A DNA stretch of 64,000 bases from Octopus vulgaris (GCA_951406725.2 OX597823.1:102114001-102178000), one strand, 5' to 3'. Shown: positions 1 through 15,247, counted from the stretch's first letter. Notes: generated by a model not told the origin, from the sequence alone. Made by a program: numbers and translations.

Positions 1-195
1 TGTGTATGTGTGCATTTGTCCCTTTCACCGCTTGACAACCGGTATTGGTTTGTTTATATCCTAGTAACCTAGCGGTTCAGCAAAAGTGGCCTATAGAATC
101 AGTACCAGACTGAAGTCGATCTCTTCGGCTAAACCTTCGAGGGTGGTACTTCCGCATAGCCGCTGCCAAATGACTAAAACAAGGAAAATCGTAAA
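1..195 (+). mobile_element. 3' half of a tRNA-derived SINE (same family as 6689-7137)
   Basis: Similar to 6930-7125, 47840-48055 and 53710-53875 (cgcttgacaaccg...agcggttc...aatgactraaacaag). Confidence 0.75.
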
Positions 196-662
196 AAGGG
201 ACCAGCGTAATATGTTGCATGGCCTTGGCTTGGGGCTTAAGATTTTATACTGTAAAAATAAAGGTTGAAAAATTCGTATCCAGAATGCATTAGGAGAGAT
301 AAATGAAGTGAAATAACTTCAACGAGAAATCGAAACCGCGATGCATTGTGGTGATATCGGCAGGACAGTAACTTTTGTAGATATATGTGTATATGTATAT
401 AATACTGTGAATTGTTGTTGATGCTTTGGCCCACGTCAACCCTGGCGGAGCAGAACAATGGCCAAAAGCATCCTGGCTGTGACCATCCGCCATTTGTATA
501 CCCAATACTATAAATATTGTGCAATGTGTCCTTCCACTTTTTAAGGATGACAGAATGTGGTCTCAGGGACACTTGGCCGCTGTTTCTAGCCGATCGATTG
601 AGTATGTATAGGTTCTGTAGTTGTGTGCATGCAGACGTACACACATAAACCCAGACAGACAG

Positions 663-694
<32 letters not shown>

Positions 695-1117
695 ACACAA
701 ATACACCCACACACACACACACATACCTATATAAATGTATCTGTCCGTCCGTACGCATACATATTTACCCACTATAACATATACATGCATGGGAGCTGTT
801 GACACCACAAATGCGTCTAACATTTAATGGATTTCACATATATTTATTGGATTTTTTGTTATATCTCTAAATTACATACGCCATAAAAGTCTTATCGGAA
901 TGTTATCCTAATTGCTTATAAAGTTTGCTTCAGAGAAGGACTTGGCTAGAAAGAACATGTTGACAATGTCGTAAAATAGCCAAGTTTGAACATGTTTCTA
1001 TTCATTTAACGAAGGGAGTGTTTTAGTGAAACCAACAACAACTATAAAAACTTTTTTTTTTTTTTATTAGCGACAGAAGCAGTATTCGTTCAAAATAGTA
1101 TTCTGTAAATCTTACGC

Positions 1118-1431
1118 AACGTGGATATACTGTAAAAAGCCAGAAAACTGCGGGATTCGTCTTGAGAAAGAATCTTGTATAGGCATATAGTGCTAAAAAA
1201 GCATAATACTATATCAGTAGCAGATAAAAAGTGTCCAGCAGATTTCTGCTTCTGATGACGCTAACAAAAAAAAAAAGCAGAAATCTAGATTTATCAATTC
1301 CATCGCCACTGCTGGACTCTTTTCGTCTGCTCCTGATATGCTTCTCTGCTTTTTAGCAATATACGTCTGTACGAGATGCTTTCTCAATACGGACCCAGCA
1401 ATGTTCTAGCTTGCTACAGTATACCCACGTT
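1118..1431. mobile_element. Foldback/MITE-like element with ~125-bp degenerate inverted arms and an inner hairpin
   Basis: 1118-1242 is an imperfect reverse complement of 1309-1431; inner agatttctgctt/aagcagaaatct inverted repeat. Confidence 0.7.
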
Positions 1432-2190
1432 AGAATTTATAGCATGTCATCTTGTTTTATCGTCTTTGCGATTATCTCACTTTAATGCTGGGTCTGCATC
1501 CATGAATACTGATGCGACCAAGATGTTGGTGTAATCGACACGCCATTAATTCTTACATCGAAGGTCTAGCCCCGTTGAGTCCTGAAAGGTTCGTTTAACC
1601 ACCAGTTAGAACCTCTTAAACGAGGCGGAATTTGAACTCAGAACCCAATGAATTAGGCTGGACATCTCGCCTAGTGTTCTTGAAATTCTGCCAATCTACC
1701 ATGCTGGATTGGTACTTTATTTATCGATCCTCAAAAAAAGATAAACTTTAAAATTGACTTCGGTGGAATCTGAACTCAAAGCTCAGAGAACTGGAACAAA
1801 TACCACAAGGTATTTTATCCGATTCTCTAACAACTTTACAGTATTGATTATTATATTGTACTTCCATACATTCTTTTCGTGCAGTACCTGCTTCCATACA
1901 ATGTATCTTCGTAAACATAGAATGTACTTTTTTAATGCGCTGTATCTTCCTATACAATAGATCCTCCTACTCAGTATGGTTGCCTTTATAGTGCCGCTTC
2001 TATACAATACAACTTTCCATACTTTTTCATTTACCTACAGACAACACCCTTCTAGTTTATTGTCTAAATCCTTTCCGTAAAATATCTTGTCCTACACTAC
2101 ACAGTTCCTATAGGGCTTACTTCTAACATGTCTTCAATGATGTTTCAATCATTTATCTCATAACAAGACAACAAACAAACTAATGCTTAC

Positions 2191-2375
2191 GGTTTCCCTT
2201 TCTCCTTATATTTCGGGAAAACACTGGCATCGGCAATACCTGACACTTCCTTTGGCAGGCAGTCTTTGACCATTTTACCACACGCCTTAGCATTCATCAT
2301 TTTCATGTCACTCTCCGTCTTGGCACCAGCCAACTTCACAAATGCTTTAAAAACTTCCTTCAAATCGTCGCTCAT
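2191..2375 (-). CDS. Coding exon of a divergent TPPP/p25-alpha (tubulin polymerization-promoting protein) family gene; exon spans 2191-2390, downstream exons not found in the window
   Basis: MSDDLKEVFKAF...MNAKACGKMVKDC...VSGIADASVFPKYKEKGK aligns by eye with the p25-alpha N-terminal motifs (LxxxFxxF, MNGKNWAKLCKDC, DVDIVFSKVK). Acceptor tttgtttcag precedes 2390 and donor CC|gtaagc follows 2191 (phase 2). Confidence 0.75.
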
Positions 2376-2759
2376 TTTTCCTGGTTCCGTCTGAAACAAA
2401 GAATAAGAGATTTGTTACTCAGGCAAGAGAGCAACGTTGTTCTTTCTTCCTACTTCATTCACCATTTTCAAACATCTTCAGTTCATCACACGAACAATAT
2501 TTTGTAGGTGAATTTCAGCGAAAAGTCTTTTTTTCTTTTTCGTTTTTTCTTTCTTTAATTTTTTCAAAACTTATGTACCAACAATATAAATAAGTACAGA
2601 AAAAGGGAAATGGAATAGAGAAGCAGACTCTACACATAAACACTCATATATACAATAAAAAACAAAAACGAGAAAAAAGACAAGGAAAAAACAACAACGC
2701 GAGGACGTGGTACATACAAAGTATTAATATGACGCTCAGAAAAGGAAAGAAAAAGTGGT

Positions 2760-2796
2760 TGTTTTACGTTTCGAGCAAAGCTCTTCTTCAGAAACA
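2760..2796 (-). ncRNA. Minimal type-I hammerhead ribozyme motif (Penelope-like)
   Basis: Minus strand reads TGTTT-CTGAAGA-A-GAGC-TTT-GCTC-GAAAC-GTA|AAACA: 5-bp stem I, 4-bp stem II, palindromic ACGT stem III, GUA cleavage triplet. Confidence 0.7.
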
Positions 2797-3764
2797 GGAG
2801 ATAAAGGCAAGAAAAGGAAGCAGGAGGAAAAAAATTGGCCAGCAGTCCACGTGTACTTACATTTTGGATATATATATATATATACATACACGCACACACA
2901 CGACGAGCTTCTACAGTTTCCGTCTACCAAATTCACAAGACATTCATGCGCGTAAACCTTGCCCAAAGTACCGTGCAGTGGTACTAAACTCAAAACCACG
3001 TACTAACAAACAAAATTCTTTACCATGCGGTCATGCCTGTGTTTATGTATGTATGTATGGATGTGTGTATGTATGTATGGATGGATGGATGGATGGATAG
3101 CTGGATAGATGGATGTGTGCGCGCACACACACCTGCATGTATGCATACATACATACATACATACATACATACATACATACATACATACATACATACATAC
3201 ATACATACATACGTGTGTCTACATGCGTGCGTGTGTGTGTGTAATGTGCGTGTGTGTTGGAAAATACTAGTGTCGATAACATAAAGGACCTGTCAAGAAC
3301 AGTGACCCTTTCCCATTCGTTAGATTTCTGGCCTTTTGCCGATTTTAAAATTTTAGTTTTACTTTCATTATAAACACGTCTTTTAGGAACAGGAGGGCTA
3401 TGAGTTCAAATCAGTTTGTTTTTAAGAAGCCAACCAGGCTATACATCCACTTCACCACTAATTATCAGTTGTAAAATTACCTGTGTTTAGTCAAGTGTGG
3501 CTATTCTACTCATAATTAAGTTGCAACACCGAGATGTCTGCACTAAAGAAATTTCAGGTGGTGTAATATTTGTATATCGTATTACAATGTTACAATAGAC
3601 ATTGATACAGAATTACGTGAATGCATGCACATAACTTGGTCTTACACACACCATACACATTCTTGCCTCTCACCCACAGCGCACATACAACACTTACATA
3701 TACATATACATACATAAATACAGAAACACACACACGTAGATAGGGAGGAATGAAAGATGAAATA

Positions 3765-5249
<1,485 letters not shown>

Positions 5250-5280
5250 TATAGATAGATAGATAGATAGATAGACAGAC

Positions 5281-5425
<145 letters not shown>

Positions 5426-6662
5426 TGTTTCTTTATTAGCCACACAGGGCTGCACACAGATAGAACAAATTACAAGGTAGAGCTTTTCTTTTGAAGGTTT
5501 AAGAAAAAAAAAAAAAAAGAAAAAAAAAAGGAAGGGGGAGTTTCGATCAAAAGGGATCGTAAAAGGAGAGAAAGAGGACAAAAAAAGGGGGGTTTAAAAA
5601 AAGGGGGGAAGGAAAAAAAATTGATCAATAGGGATCGTTATCACAGAAATGTCAATATGAAGTGTAAAGGGGAGGACAGGTGAGGTTTACCCGTGCAAAG
5701 AAAAGCCTACGGAAAAGACCACGGTAACCTCGGTCAATGATGTCACATTTTATATTTCTTTTTTTTTTTTTTTGCAAATAAGCAACTCTCTGTTTTCGAT
5801 TTCTGGGTTCATAGGACTATGCTCAAGGTGGCTTCGTCATTCATACGTGCCATTCTTGCTACATTCACCCATCTTTTTAAAACATTCGCTAGACAAAACT
5901 TGCCTCTCTACTCTCACTTTCCTTTTCAAGTGGTATTTGAAGAAGTTGATGAGAGATTGACCAGAGAGGAAAGTGTTTGTCTCCAATCCTTTCAGACGCG
6001 TCCACCAGATACATTCTTTCGCCATAGCCACAAGGATGATGAAAATAGCTCTTCCTTCCCGTTTGAAGGAAGGAGGCGTGACAATATTGACGATAGACTC
6101 AGCTGATAAACCGACTCGTCCCACACGTGACAGCAGTTGTTCGACATAAGCCCACAGGTCGGAAATTGTTGGACACTGAACGAGTGCGTGCAGAACGGTT
6201 TCGTCGCTCTGACCGCATCTCGGGCAGGTCGGCCCCGTGTTTCTCGAGCCGTGTCTGTAGAGCTTATCCCGAACGGGTAGCGCTTCTCGGTAGCACTGCC
6301 AGGCCAGGGATCTCTGGAAGTTGTCCATGGGCCCTGGCCCGAAAGTCGTCCTGAACAGGCGGGTCAGGTACTCCTCGTCGACGTCCAGGTTCGCCCCGAG
6401 CTCGTCGTCGTACCTCCCCTCCACTAATCTCCTATAGAATGCTTTGGTTGTGTTGAAGTCACTTAAGGTCGACCCAGGACGGCAGAGTTGCTTGAGAGCA
6501 ACGCGACACTCGCGGTGCCATTCGCCCTTCCTCGGCCTCTTTTTGATCCACGACTGCAGTTCGGTCATGGAGACGAGCTGCGGGAAAGCGTGCCTCACAA
6601 ACGGCGACCACACCTGTTCACCGTCGTCTACATAGAGCCAGAGATGCCGCAGTCTCAGCGCA
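5426..6662 (-). mobile_element. 5'-truncated Tx1/L1-clade LINE copy B
   Basis: ORF 5837..6613 is homologous to the ORF2 C-terminus of 7421..8752. Same 3' UTR as copy A. (GATA)n on both sides. Confidence 0.9.
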
Positions 6663-6688
6663 GATAGATAGATAGATTATATAGATAG

Positions 6689-6854
6689 AGGCGTAGGAGT
6701 GGTTGTGTGGTAAGTAGCTTGCTAACCAACCACATGGTTCTGGGTTCAGTCCCACTGCGTGGCATCTTGGGCAAGTGCCTTCTGCTATAGCCCCGGGCCG
6801 ACCAATGCCTTGTGAATGAATTTGGTAGACGGAAACTGAAAGAAGCCTGTCGTA

Positions 6855-6915
<61 letters not shown>

Positions 6916-7137
6916 GTGTGTGTGTTTGAGTGTCTGTGTTTGTCCCCCTAGCATTGACAACCGATGCTGATGTGTTTACGTCCCCGTCACTTAGCGGTTC
7001 GGCAAAAAGAGACCGATAGAATAAGTACTGGGCTTACAAAGAATAAGTCCCGGGGTCGATTTGCTCGACTAAAGGCGGTGCTCCAGCATGGCCGCAGTCA
7101 AATGACTGAAACAAGTAAAAGTAAAAGTAAAAGTAAA
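6689..7137 (+). mobile_element. Full-length tRNA-derived SINE with CORE-like ttgggcaagt segment, internal (TA)n and (AAAGTA)n tail
   Basis: Pol III box A/B-like head (gtggttgtgtggtaag...gggttcagtccc). Homologous copies at 47665-48055 and 53531-53875. Confidence 0.8.
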
Positions 7138-7420
7138 GATAGACAGACAGACAGACAGATAACTTTTTATTGTAGCCACACGAAATACAATGTAGAATTT
7201 TTTGTTTTCGAGGTGGGATGGGTGGGGCACAAAAAAAAACTGTTTGATCGATAGGAATCTGTGGGTTGTGTGGTGTATAAAAAAGCAATATATATATATA
7301 AGGTTCACAGTTTAGGTGTAGCCTTGGAAAGAAAAACCTACAAAAAAGACCAAGGTCACCTCAAGCAGTTCGAAAATGAACACATGAGTAAGTCGCCTTA
7401 CTTCTCGTTGTCTCTTTTGG

Positions 7421-10400
7421 TTACAGATTTATGCTTAAAGTAGTGTCGTCTTTCATACTGACCATTTTTGCCACTTTTACCCACTTTTTATTAAAACATT
7501 CGTTCAACAAAGCCTTCCTCTCTATTCTCATCCTCCTTTTCAAGTGGTACTTGAAAAAGTTGACGAGAGACTGACCAGAGCGGAAGGTGTTTGTTTGCAG
7601 TCCTTTCAAACGCGTCCACCACACACATTCTTTCGCCATAGCCATCAGCGTAACGAAAACCGTTTTCCCTTCCCGTTTAAAGGAAGGTGGTGGAACAATA
7701 TTCAAGATAGACTCGGCCGATAGGCGGGCCCGACCTACACGTGACAACAGCTGTTCGACGAAGGTCCACAGCTCTGAAATATCTGGACACTGCACGAGTG
7801 CGTGCAGAACGGTTTCGTCGCTCTGACCGCATCTCGGGCAGGTCGGTCCGGTGATGGTTTTCGAACCGTGCCTGTAGCTCTTCTCTCGAACAGGTAGTGC
7901 GTCTCGATAGCACTGCCAAGCCAGGGATTTCTGGAAGTTATCCATAGGCCCTGGCCCGAACGTCGCCCTGAACAGGCGGGTTAGGAATTTCTCGTCGACG
8001 CCCAGGTTTGCCCCGAGTGTGTCGTCGGACCTCCCCTCCACTAGTCCTCTGTAGAACGCTTTAGTCGTTTGTAAGTTGCACAAGTTTGACCCCGGTCGGC
8101 AGAGCTGCTGTAGAGCTTGGCGATACTCTCGGTGCCAATCGCCCAGTTTCGGTCTCTTCTTGATCCACGTTTGCAGTTCGGTCAGTGAGACGAGCTGCGG
8201 GAAGGTGAGCCTCACAAACGGCGCCCACACCTGTTCACCGTCGTCGATGAAGTTCCAGAGATGTCGCAGTCTCAGCGCATGCCTGCGCATCATCAACCAC
8301 GGCATGCCCAGTCCTCCATTCAACGGATGTTGACAGCAAATGGACTTCCTCACCATCGGAACGCCACCCTTCCACAGGAAGCGGAAGAGTATGCGTTCCA
8401 GTTTGGTGATGGTGGCGTCGGGACAAGGTACGACGGTCAGGCGGTAATCGATGACGGATGCGATGTACGCGTTCGCCACCTCCGCCCGGCCTTTTAGGGA
8501 TTGCTTCCTCTCAGCCCATTGCTGGGTGAGGGTGGCCAGCCTAGTCGTTATTTCGCCACAGTTCTTCTCCATTTGGAGGTCTGGACCGAACCAGACCCCG
8601 AGCAATTTAACCGGTCCGTCGGTCCAGTGTCTCACGATGGAGACACTGTTGGACGGCATGGGCTTGCTTCTCCAGGTGCCGAGCCGCAAGCCCACTGACT
8701 TTTCCCGGTTAATTTTTGCTCCCGTTACCGCTTCGTATTCTTTTAGTGTCACGCCGACCAGGTCGATGTGCTTGTGGCTCGATCCTTAACTACCCTGTCT
8801 ATGATGTAGCGCATCAGATGGAGGTTGTCATGGGTACTTCTACCCGGTACAGCGCACGTTTGCGCCTTGTCGACTAGTTTCTCGATGACAAGCGCCTACC
8901 TCTCGACTAACACCTTGGCCAAATTTTCAAATCTGCATTGAGCAGAGTGATGGACCTGAAGTTATCTATGACGTTCCCCTTGTTTGGATCTTTCTTTAGC
9001 AGTGTCACTGCTCCTTGCTTTACAAAGGCGGGGATACTCTTGTTTTGATGCCAGTTGCAGTAGACAGCTGCCAAGACGCCTCCAAACAAGTCTGGCATAT
9101 GACAATAAAGTTCGTAGGGCAGACCATCCAAGCCTGGTGACTTGTCTCTCGCGCAACCTTCCATCGCATCCCGTAAGTCCGCGGCTGTGATGGGCTTTTC
9201 ACAACACTCCGCCTCTCTTGCTGAGAGTCGTGATAGGGCATGCAGGTAGGCACTAAAGTCCACTCTGCGTTCTGACCCACCACTTGTCCCAAACAGTTGG
9301 GTAAAGTGTTGTTGAAAAGCTTCACACATCCTTTCAGGCTCAAGTAATTCGCGCCTTTGTTCATCTGTAAGTGACCTGAAGGTGGCTCTGTAGCCTCGTT
9401 GCGTTTCCACCACTCGGGCCTCTCGGGTGGTTTCAAATCCTTCGTTCCTCAGAGCACGCATCCTAGCTCTGACAACGCATTCTTCGTGTTTAGCGTTGAA
9501 GTGTTGGTCGAGGGCAAACCTCGCTGCCAGTACGTTGGATGCGATGCCAGTTTTAAGTGCCTCTTCTAAGTTCTTAAGTAAATCTCCCTCTATTCTATTT
9601 CGGTCTAATGCTAGGGCCTTAGTGTAACTAACCGATTCTGATTTAATTGTTCTGTTTAGAGCATACCATCATCTGTTGTTGATTATGGCACCCGTCAAAG
9701 CTCTCTTTAATAATGTGCTAATCCGGTCCCCGTAAGCCTGGTGTTCCGTGAAAGACGCATTTAGCTTCCAGTAACTTGCCTATGAGTCCTATCTAAGTCA
9801 AGCGTACAAGTCACAAATTTGTGGTCTGTGTAGCTGACTATATGGGGATCTTTTCTATTTTGAGGCCAGTTTTTTCAAATTTTTCCTACTGAACCAAACA
9901 ATTTGAAACTTCGTATACTGGTAGAATGTGTCAAAAGTAAACTTAATTGTAAACCAGAATGAAAACGGAATTGTAACTTCTAAGTTTAACGTTGTTTAAT
10001 AATTAGAATTTTAACCAATGATATTCCGTCATTCGGCTTTATTTTATTTACTCCGTCTCGACCACCAATTTCGTGACGTATTTAACATCTTAAATGTAAA
10101 CAAGTCAGCCACCTTCTAATAACAATATTTAAAACTAGTTAATAAGCCACATGTATTAAATTGAAAATGTTTCCATTCTGTATGTCTGCATGTATGTGTG
10201 TGTGTATGTATGTGTAAGTATGTGTGTGTGTGTATGTATGTGTGTGTGTATGTATGTATAGCCGATTCATCGTAATCGTAATTACGATGAATTGGCCATA
10301 CATACATAGATACATACACACACACACATACATGCAGACATACATATACACATACACCGAGTAAAAATTTCAGTTATCTCTCTCTTTCACACATTACTCT

Positions 10401-11583
10401 CTCTGTCTCTTCACACACACTAACAGAAGCACTTCACTTACACAACATACTGTCTCCCACACCCCATCAAACACACACACACACACACATGTACATCAAT
10501 GCTTCCCCTAGACGGTAACTTCAAAGACAAACTTCCCTCGTCATAAAATCGCTTCCTCTTAGTCTCTTTCGCTCTCATTACTTATGTAAAAAAATAAAAG
10601 TTTTTTTACGGAAATTGGGCGAAATGCGTAGCCGTATTTCGTCTGCCGTGTTTGTTTACAGTTTTCCGAACGTTAGTACGTCACAAAAGCGCTTTCTACG
10701 TCACACTAATAGAATGCAGTCAAGTTTTACACATGAAAACAAACAATCTGATTGGTTAAAATTCGCAGTTTTAATCTACGATTAAAGTCATAAAATAGAT
10801 TTTTCTCAAATAAACTAGTTCCAACCTGTGTCTTGTTTTGCTAGACTCTATCAGCATACGAAGTTTCAGATTATTTAGTTAAGTAGAAAGATCTGTGGTC
10901 CTGGCTTCAGAATAGAAAAGATCCCTATATGGTATTGTGGATAACCTACACTATCTTTATCTACTGTCCTACAGAATACTCTAAGTACGATCTGGACGAC
11001 CCGATGCGGTTGCTCCATGTCCACAATGGCATATTCGTTTGGTCCAGTCGGTACCTGTCAGATAGTTGGAAACGTCTGAGCAGGTCGTTGAGGCATTTGC
11101 ACCCCCTCCTATTACTATCTCTGCCCACGTAGTCTAGATGCGTGTCTAGGGTGGCGTTCCAATCCCCCACTAAAAGTAAAGGTCGAGACGTTCCCAGGAA
11201 AACATCTAGACGTCGAAAGAAATTTGGTCGGCCTGTTAAGGACGGTGCATAAACTGTTATCAGTCGAAAAGCACACTCATTGCTGCCATTGACATCCAAG
11301 ACGACCAGCCTACCCTCCGGGTCTAGGAAAATTGCTCTTACTTTGAAGTCCAGACTCTTCCGGACAAGCACTGCGGTGCCACCTCCGCCCATTCTCGGTA
11401 GACACGGAGAAAATTAATGTCGAAATGTGTGCCGAACATGTGCTGAAGTGCCCGCGGGCTGTGGAGTCTGGTCTCACTGATGGCTATTATATGCAGGTTT
11501 TGTGACTTGATGTCATTTAACAGGTAGCCTTGTTTCCAAGGCGGCCCCAAGCCACGTACATTTATACTGCCTATTTTTAGCAT
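7421..11583 (-). pseudogene. LINE ORF2 (AP endonuclease + reverse transcriptase + C-terminal zinc knuckle), disrupted
   Basis: Fragments 11338..11583, 10961..11392, 8907..9461 and 7421..8752. Frameshifts, an insertion at 9845-10925, and loss of the RT core near 8785. Confidence 0.88.
9845..10925. mobile_element. Non-autonomous TIR DNA transposon inserted in LINE ORF2
   Basis: TIR GGGATCTTTTCTATT(T/C)TGA(G/A)GCCAG at both ends, TATATG on both flanks. Removing it restores GYPQYHIVSYTDH. Confidence 0.88.
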
Positions 11584-11621
11584 GTTCCAATCGAAAGTTG
11601 TGAAAGTGAAAGAGAGAGTCA

Positions 11622-13472
11622 CTTACTGTCCGAAAGTTCTTTGGTCTTCACCTCACGGTCTTCTTCCAGAAGGTTTTTTTAGTTTTTTCGACAAATATTT
11701 TTGAAATCTCCCAACTGCATTAGGGTAGAGAGATTTTAGGATGCTGTGTGTGTTTTGTGTTATGTGTATGATTTTAATGTGTTGTGCGTGGGCGATTATT
11801 TGTTTTGGTGTCATTTTCGGATATATCTGTGTTTGACCTAATGTATTCCATTAGGTCGGGGTTGTTTGTGTTTATGGCTGTCAACATTCTTGGGGGGTTT
11901 GTGGTAGTGTGTTTGTGTTGATGTGTTTGTTTTCTACGGTTTCAGGAGTGGTAAACCTCCCTGCTTTGCTTGTCTGTTTTTCTATTCTTTTTCCCCCCTC
12001 TGGCTATTTGCCAATCCTCTGTGTCGTCTTCATTTGATGACATGTCAGAGGAATCAGAAAGTGGGAGGGGAAGTGTTTTGGGTCTATTTCTGACTGTGTT
12101 GTTGATGTTGGTGCTGGTTGGTGACAGTTGGGGTGTGGTGTATGGGTTTTTGGAGGTGGGGTATGGGTCTTTTTTGTTTTCTTTTCCTCCTTTGAAGTTG
12201 TTGTTGGTGGTAGTGATGATGGTGTTGTTTCTGTTCTTGGTGACGCTGGTGGTGGTGTTATTTGGTTGGGCTTACTTGTTGGTTGGTGATCTTTCATTTG
12301 TTCATATAGTTTCTTGATTAGTTTTGCATATGGTGGTGTGGGTAATAGAGCTGGTTTTTGTATGGTTTTTGGTTTTCTTGTGGTTGCTGTTGTTTTTCAT
12401 GGTCTTGTTGTTGTTGTTGTTGTTGTTGTTGTTTCTGTGCTAGTGGGTACTTATTTTTTAAATGTGCGTTGCTACCACAAACGTAGCAACGAGGCTTTCT
12501 GCCTTCGACGGCCACATGTAAAATCGAACCGTTCCTCGATTGAATTCTATGTGGAATTTGCTCCTGGATCATTGGATTTATCTGAGCGAGGATATGAATT
12601 TCTCGGCCGATCCAGTGGTGATGGTCTACGATACCGATTTCCAAAATATTGATTTCGTCTTCGATGTCGTAACATATGGCGGACACGAGCCATAATATTT
12701 CCAATTCGGGAGGCACATTTTTTATTTTTATTTTTGTAACTCTACGGCCAAGGTATGTAGGTATCATTACTAAATTCTCGAATTGGAGGGACTTTGTGGA
12801 GAGGTCCTTGGCTCTTTCTTCACTATCGAATCGCACTTCAATGGTGGCAAATTTGTTGCCTCTTGCGATATAGGTTTTAAAGGCCCATATGGGTTTTAAA
12901 CATTTTTCGACATTTTCTTGTGTGGCCTTTTCGTATATCCTTGTTTTGAGGTTGAATGTTTTGTAGATAATTGTTGGTTTTTTTTTTCGATTTTTTTCTA
13001 TAATGTCTTGAGGTGTCTGTAGCTGTATGCTGAACTTATCTTTTTTTAGCATTCCTTTACAGACAAGTAGTTCGTCCTTCGAAAAAGATACGTAAGTTTT
13101 TTTCAGCTTTAAAGCTGCGGCAAAATTTTTTTCGCCATTCGTGTTGGTTGTGGTGGTGATGGCGGTGGTGGTGGTGGTAGCAGTGGTAGAGCCAGTAGCA
13201 GAAACAGTAGTAGCAGAAGCGCTTTCTAAGGGCTGTGTGCGTTCACGCGGAACAGCTTTGTTTTCAGCTTCCTTCGCCTCTGGCATTGGTAGAGGCGGGA
13301 AGTCGGCCTCGTGGTTTCGCATAGCCATACTCGACATTGTATCAGTGGAGTTGTCAGATGTGGTAGTTTTGGTGTTGGTGATTGTGGTGGTGTTGATAAC
13401 AGGCTTATCATTTTTTGTAGTAGCGTCTTTGTTGGCTGACTCGACAATTCTTCTTTCTTCTGTCTTTCCCAA
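11622..13472 (-). pseudogene. LINE ORF1 (gag-like, zinc knuckle), frameshifted near 12318
   Basis: 384-aa ORF 12318..13472 with a CX2CX4H knuckle whose last Cys is replaced by Tyr. A Thr/Pro-rich C-terminal part continues in another frame. Confidence 0.75.
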
Positions 13473-13942
13473 AGTAGGAAAATCCTTCTCAGAAAAAATC
13501 GCAGAATACTGCTCAACGACAAGATTTCTCGATATTTTTTATCGAGAAATAAAAATCAATTATTGAAAGGTTGATGAAAATGCCCCTAGGGGCGAATTCC
13601 ACATTTAAAAACACCCAAACGAAAGTTGGGAGTTTGAAAAGTTCAAAACTCCGAAAGTGTAAACAAATAGATGTAACAGAGAGAGAGAACAGCGTCTATG
13701 CGTTATGAGGAACGCTTCGGCGACATTATGTAAAAATAAGCTAGAGAAGCAAAAAATTTTTATATATAAACAAGGCTGAAATTGCCCCTAGGGGCAAAAT
13801 CCCCTCCGGAAAACACACCCAGATGAAAGCTGGGTGTCTCACACACTCCGTGCGCGAAAATTTGAAATGAAACTTTTGCAAAAACAATAAAAAAAACGGC
13901 GATTGACTTACGAGCCGATCCAACAACGAACACTATCGATCG

Positions 13943-14157
<215 letters not shown>

Positions 14158-15247
14158 CATACATGCATAAATACATATTACTCTGCTAAACTTCGTCGAG
14201 TTCTCTTATAGTTCGTAGTTTACTCTGTTCTCAATAAGCAATACTCACTCTCTCTCTCTCTCACTCTCTCTCTCTCTCTCTTTCTCTGTCTCTCTTGTGT
14301 GTGTGTGTGTGTGTTGTCTATAAGTATGTATGTTTATACGTTTGGACACTCCAAAAACCAATAAACTTTAATTTGCTGCTCTCTTCGTACTGGCAGCATA
14401 TTGCAATTACCGTGAAGCTAATTATTTTTTTCCATTTATTCATTACTTATTACTTTGATTTTAATTAAGACAACATATGCTACCTCTTAAGAAATGTTAT
14501 CAAAGTGTTACATCAAGAATCTGTTCTAATTCTGTCTTTTAGTAGAAGTTTTCGTTGCGGCTGTTTGAGATGGAAGCATGGATTTAAAAATACCCAGCTT
14601 GACGTCTTTAATTACAATTTGCACTCGTTAATCTGTCGTTGGTAAAGTTTTAATATAATCTCGAGCTATTTGAGAATCACTAAATATAACCATAAGAACC
14701 AATGCCATCAAAAATATGGGAGCAATTCCAAGCCGATCCTTTCCGTTTTTTTTTTTTTTACTTTTTGAGATATTTCCTTTCCCTTCGCCACTGTTGTTAT
14801 AAAATGTCCACTTTTTTTCTAATTCTCCACTGAAATTCAACAGTTATTTTGTTGCTGTTTCGCAAAAAGAGTAAAAAGAGATACTTGTCTCGCAAAAGTA
14901 TTGCAGCCTGGATTACATCAATTTCGGTGATTTGGGAGTTATGTCTAGCAGAACGAGTAACCACTGAGAAGCTCCTTCGTTAATTCCTAACTTTTGTTGT
15001 TGTTGTTTGGTTCTATGTTAACCATTAGAGAGAAGTCTTATCAGTTGCGTCCCAGCCGAGACCAACTTGTACATTTTGGGCTACATTGATAAATGTGCCC
15101 TTCGTGTGTTTTAAAATACCCTAGTGGCATGAAGGAATGCAGTTATTAGATATTGCGGGTCGAGTGGAAGCTATTTCTGTCTCTCATCACTGAAAAATAC
15201 TCAAACGATGAAAACTGATTGAATGCAGTGAAATTTTCCCTGCTTAA

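Noticed and set aside
237-758. 173-aa ORF as a possible downstream TPPP exon
   Set aside because: Made of (TG)n plus an interspersed repeat (similar motif near 21925); no p25-alpha similarity.
1252-1290. ctgatga...gaaa hammerhead-like words
   Set aside because: No stem II pairing; part of the foldback hairpin.
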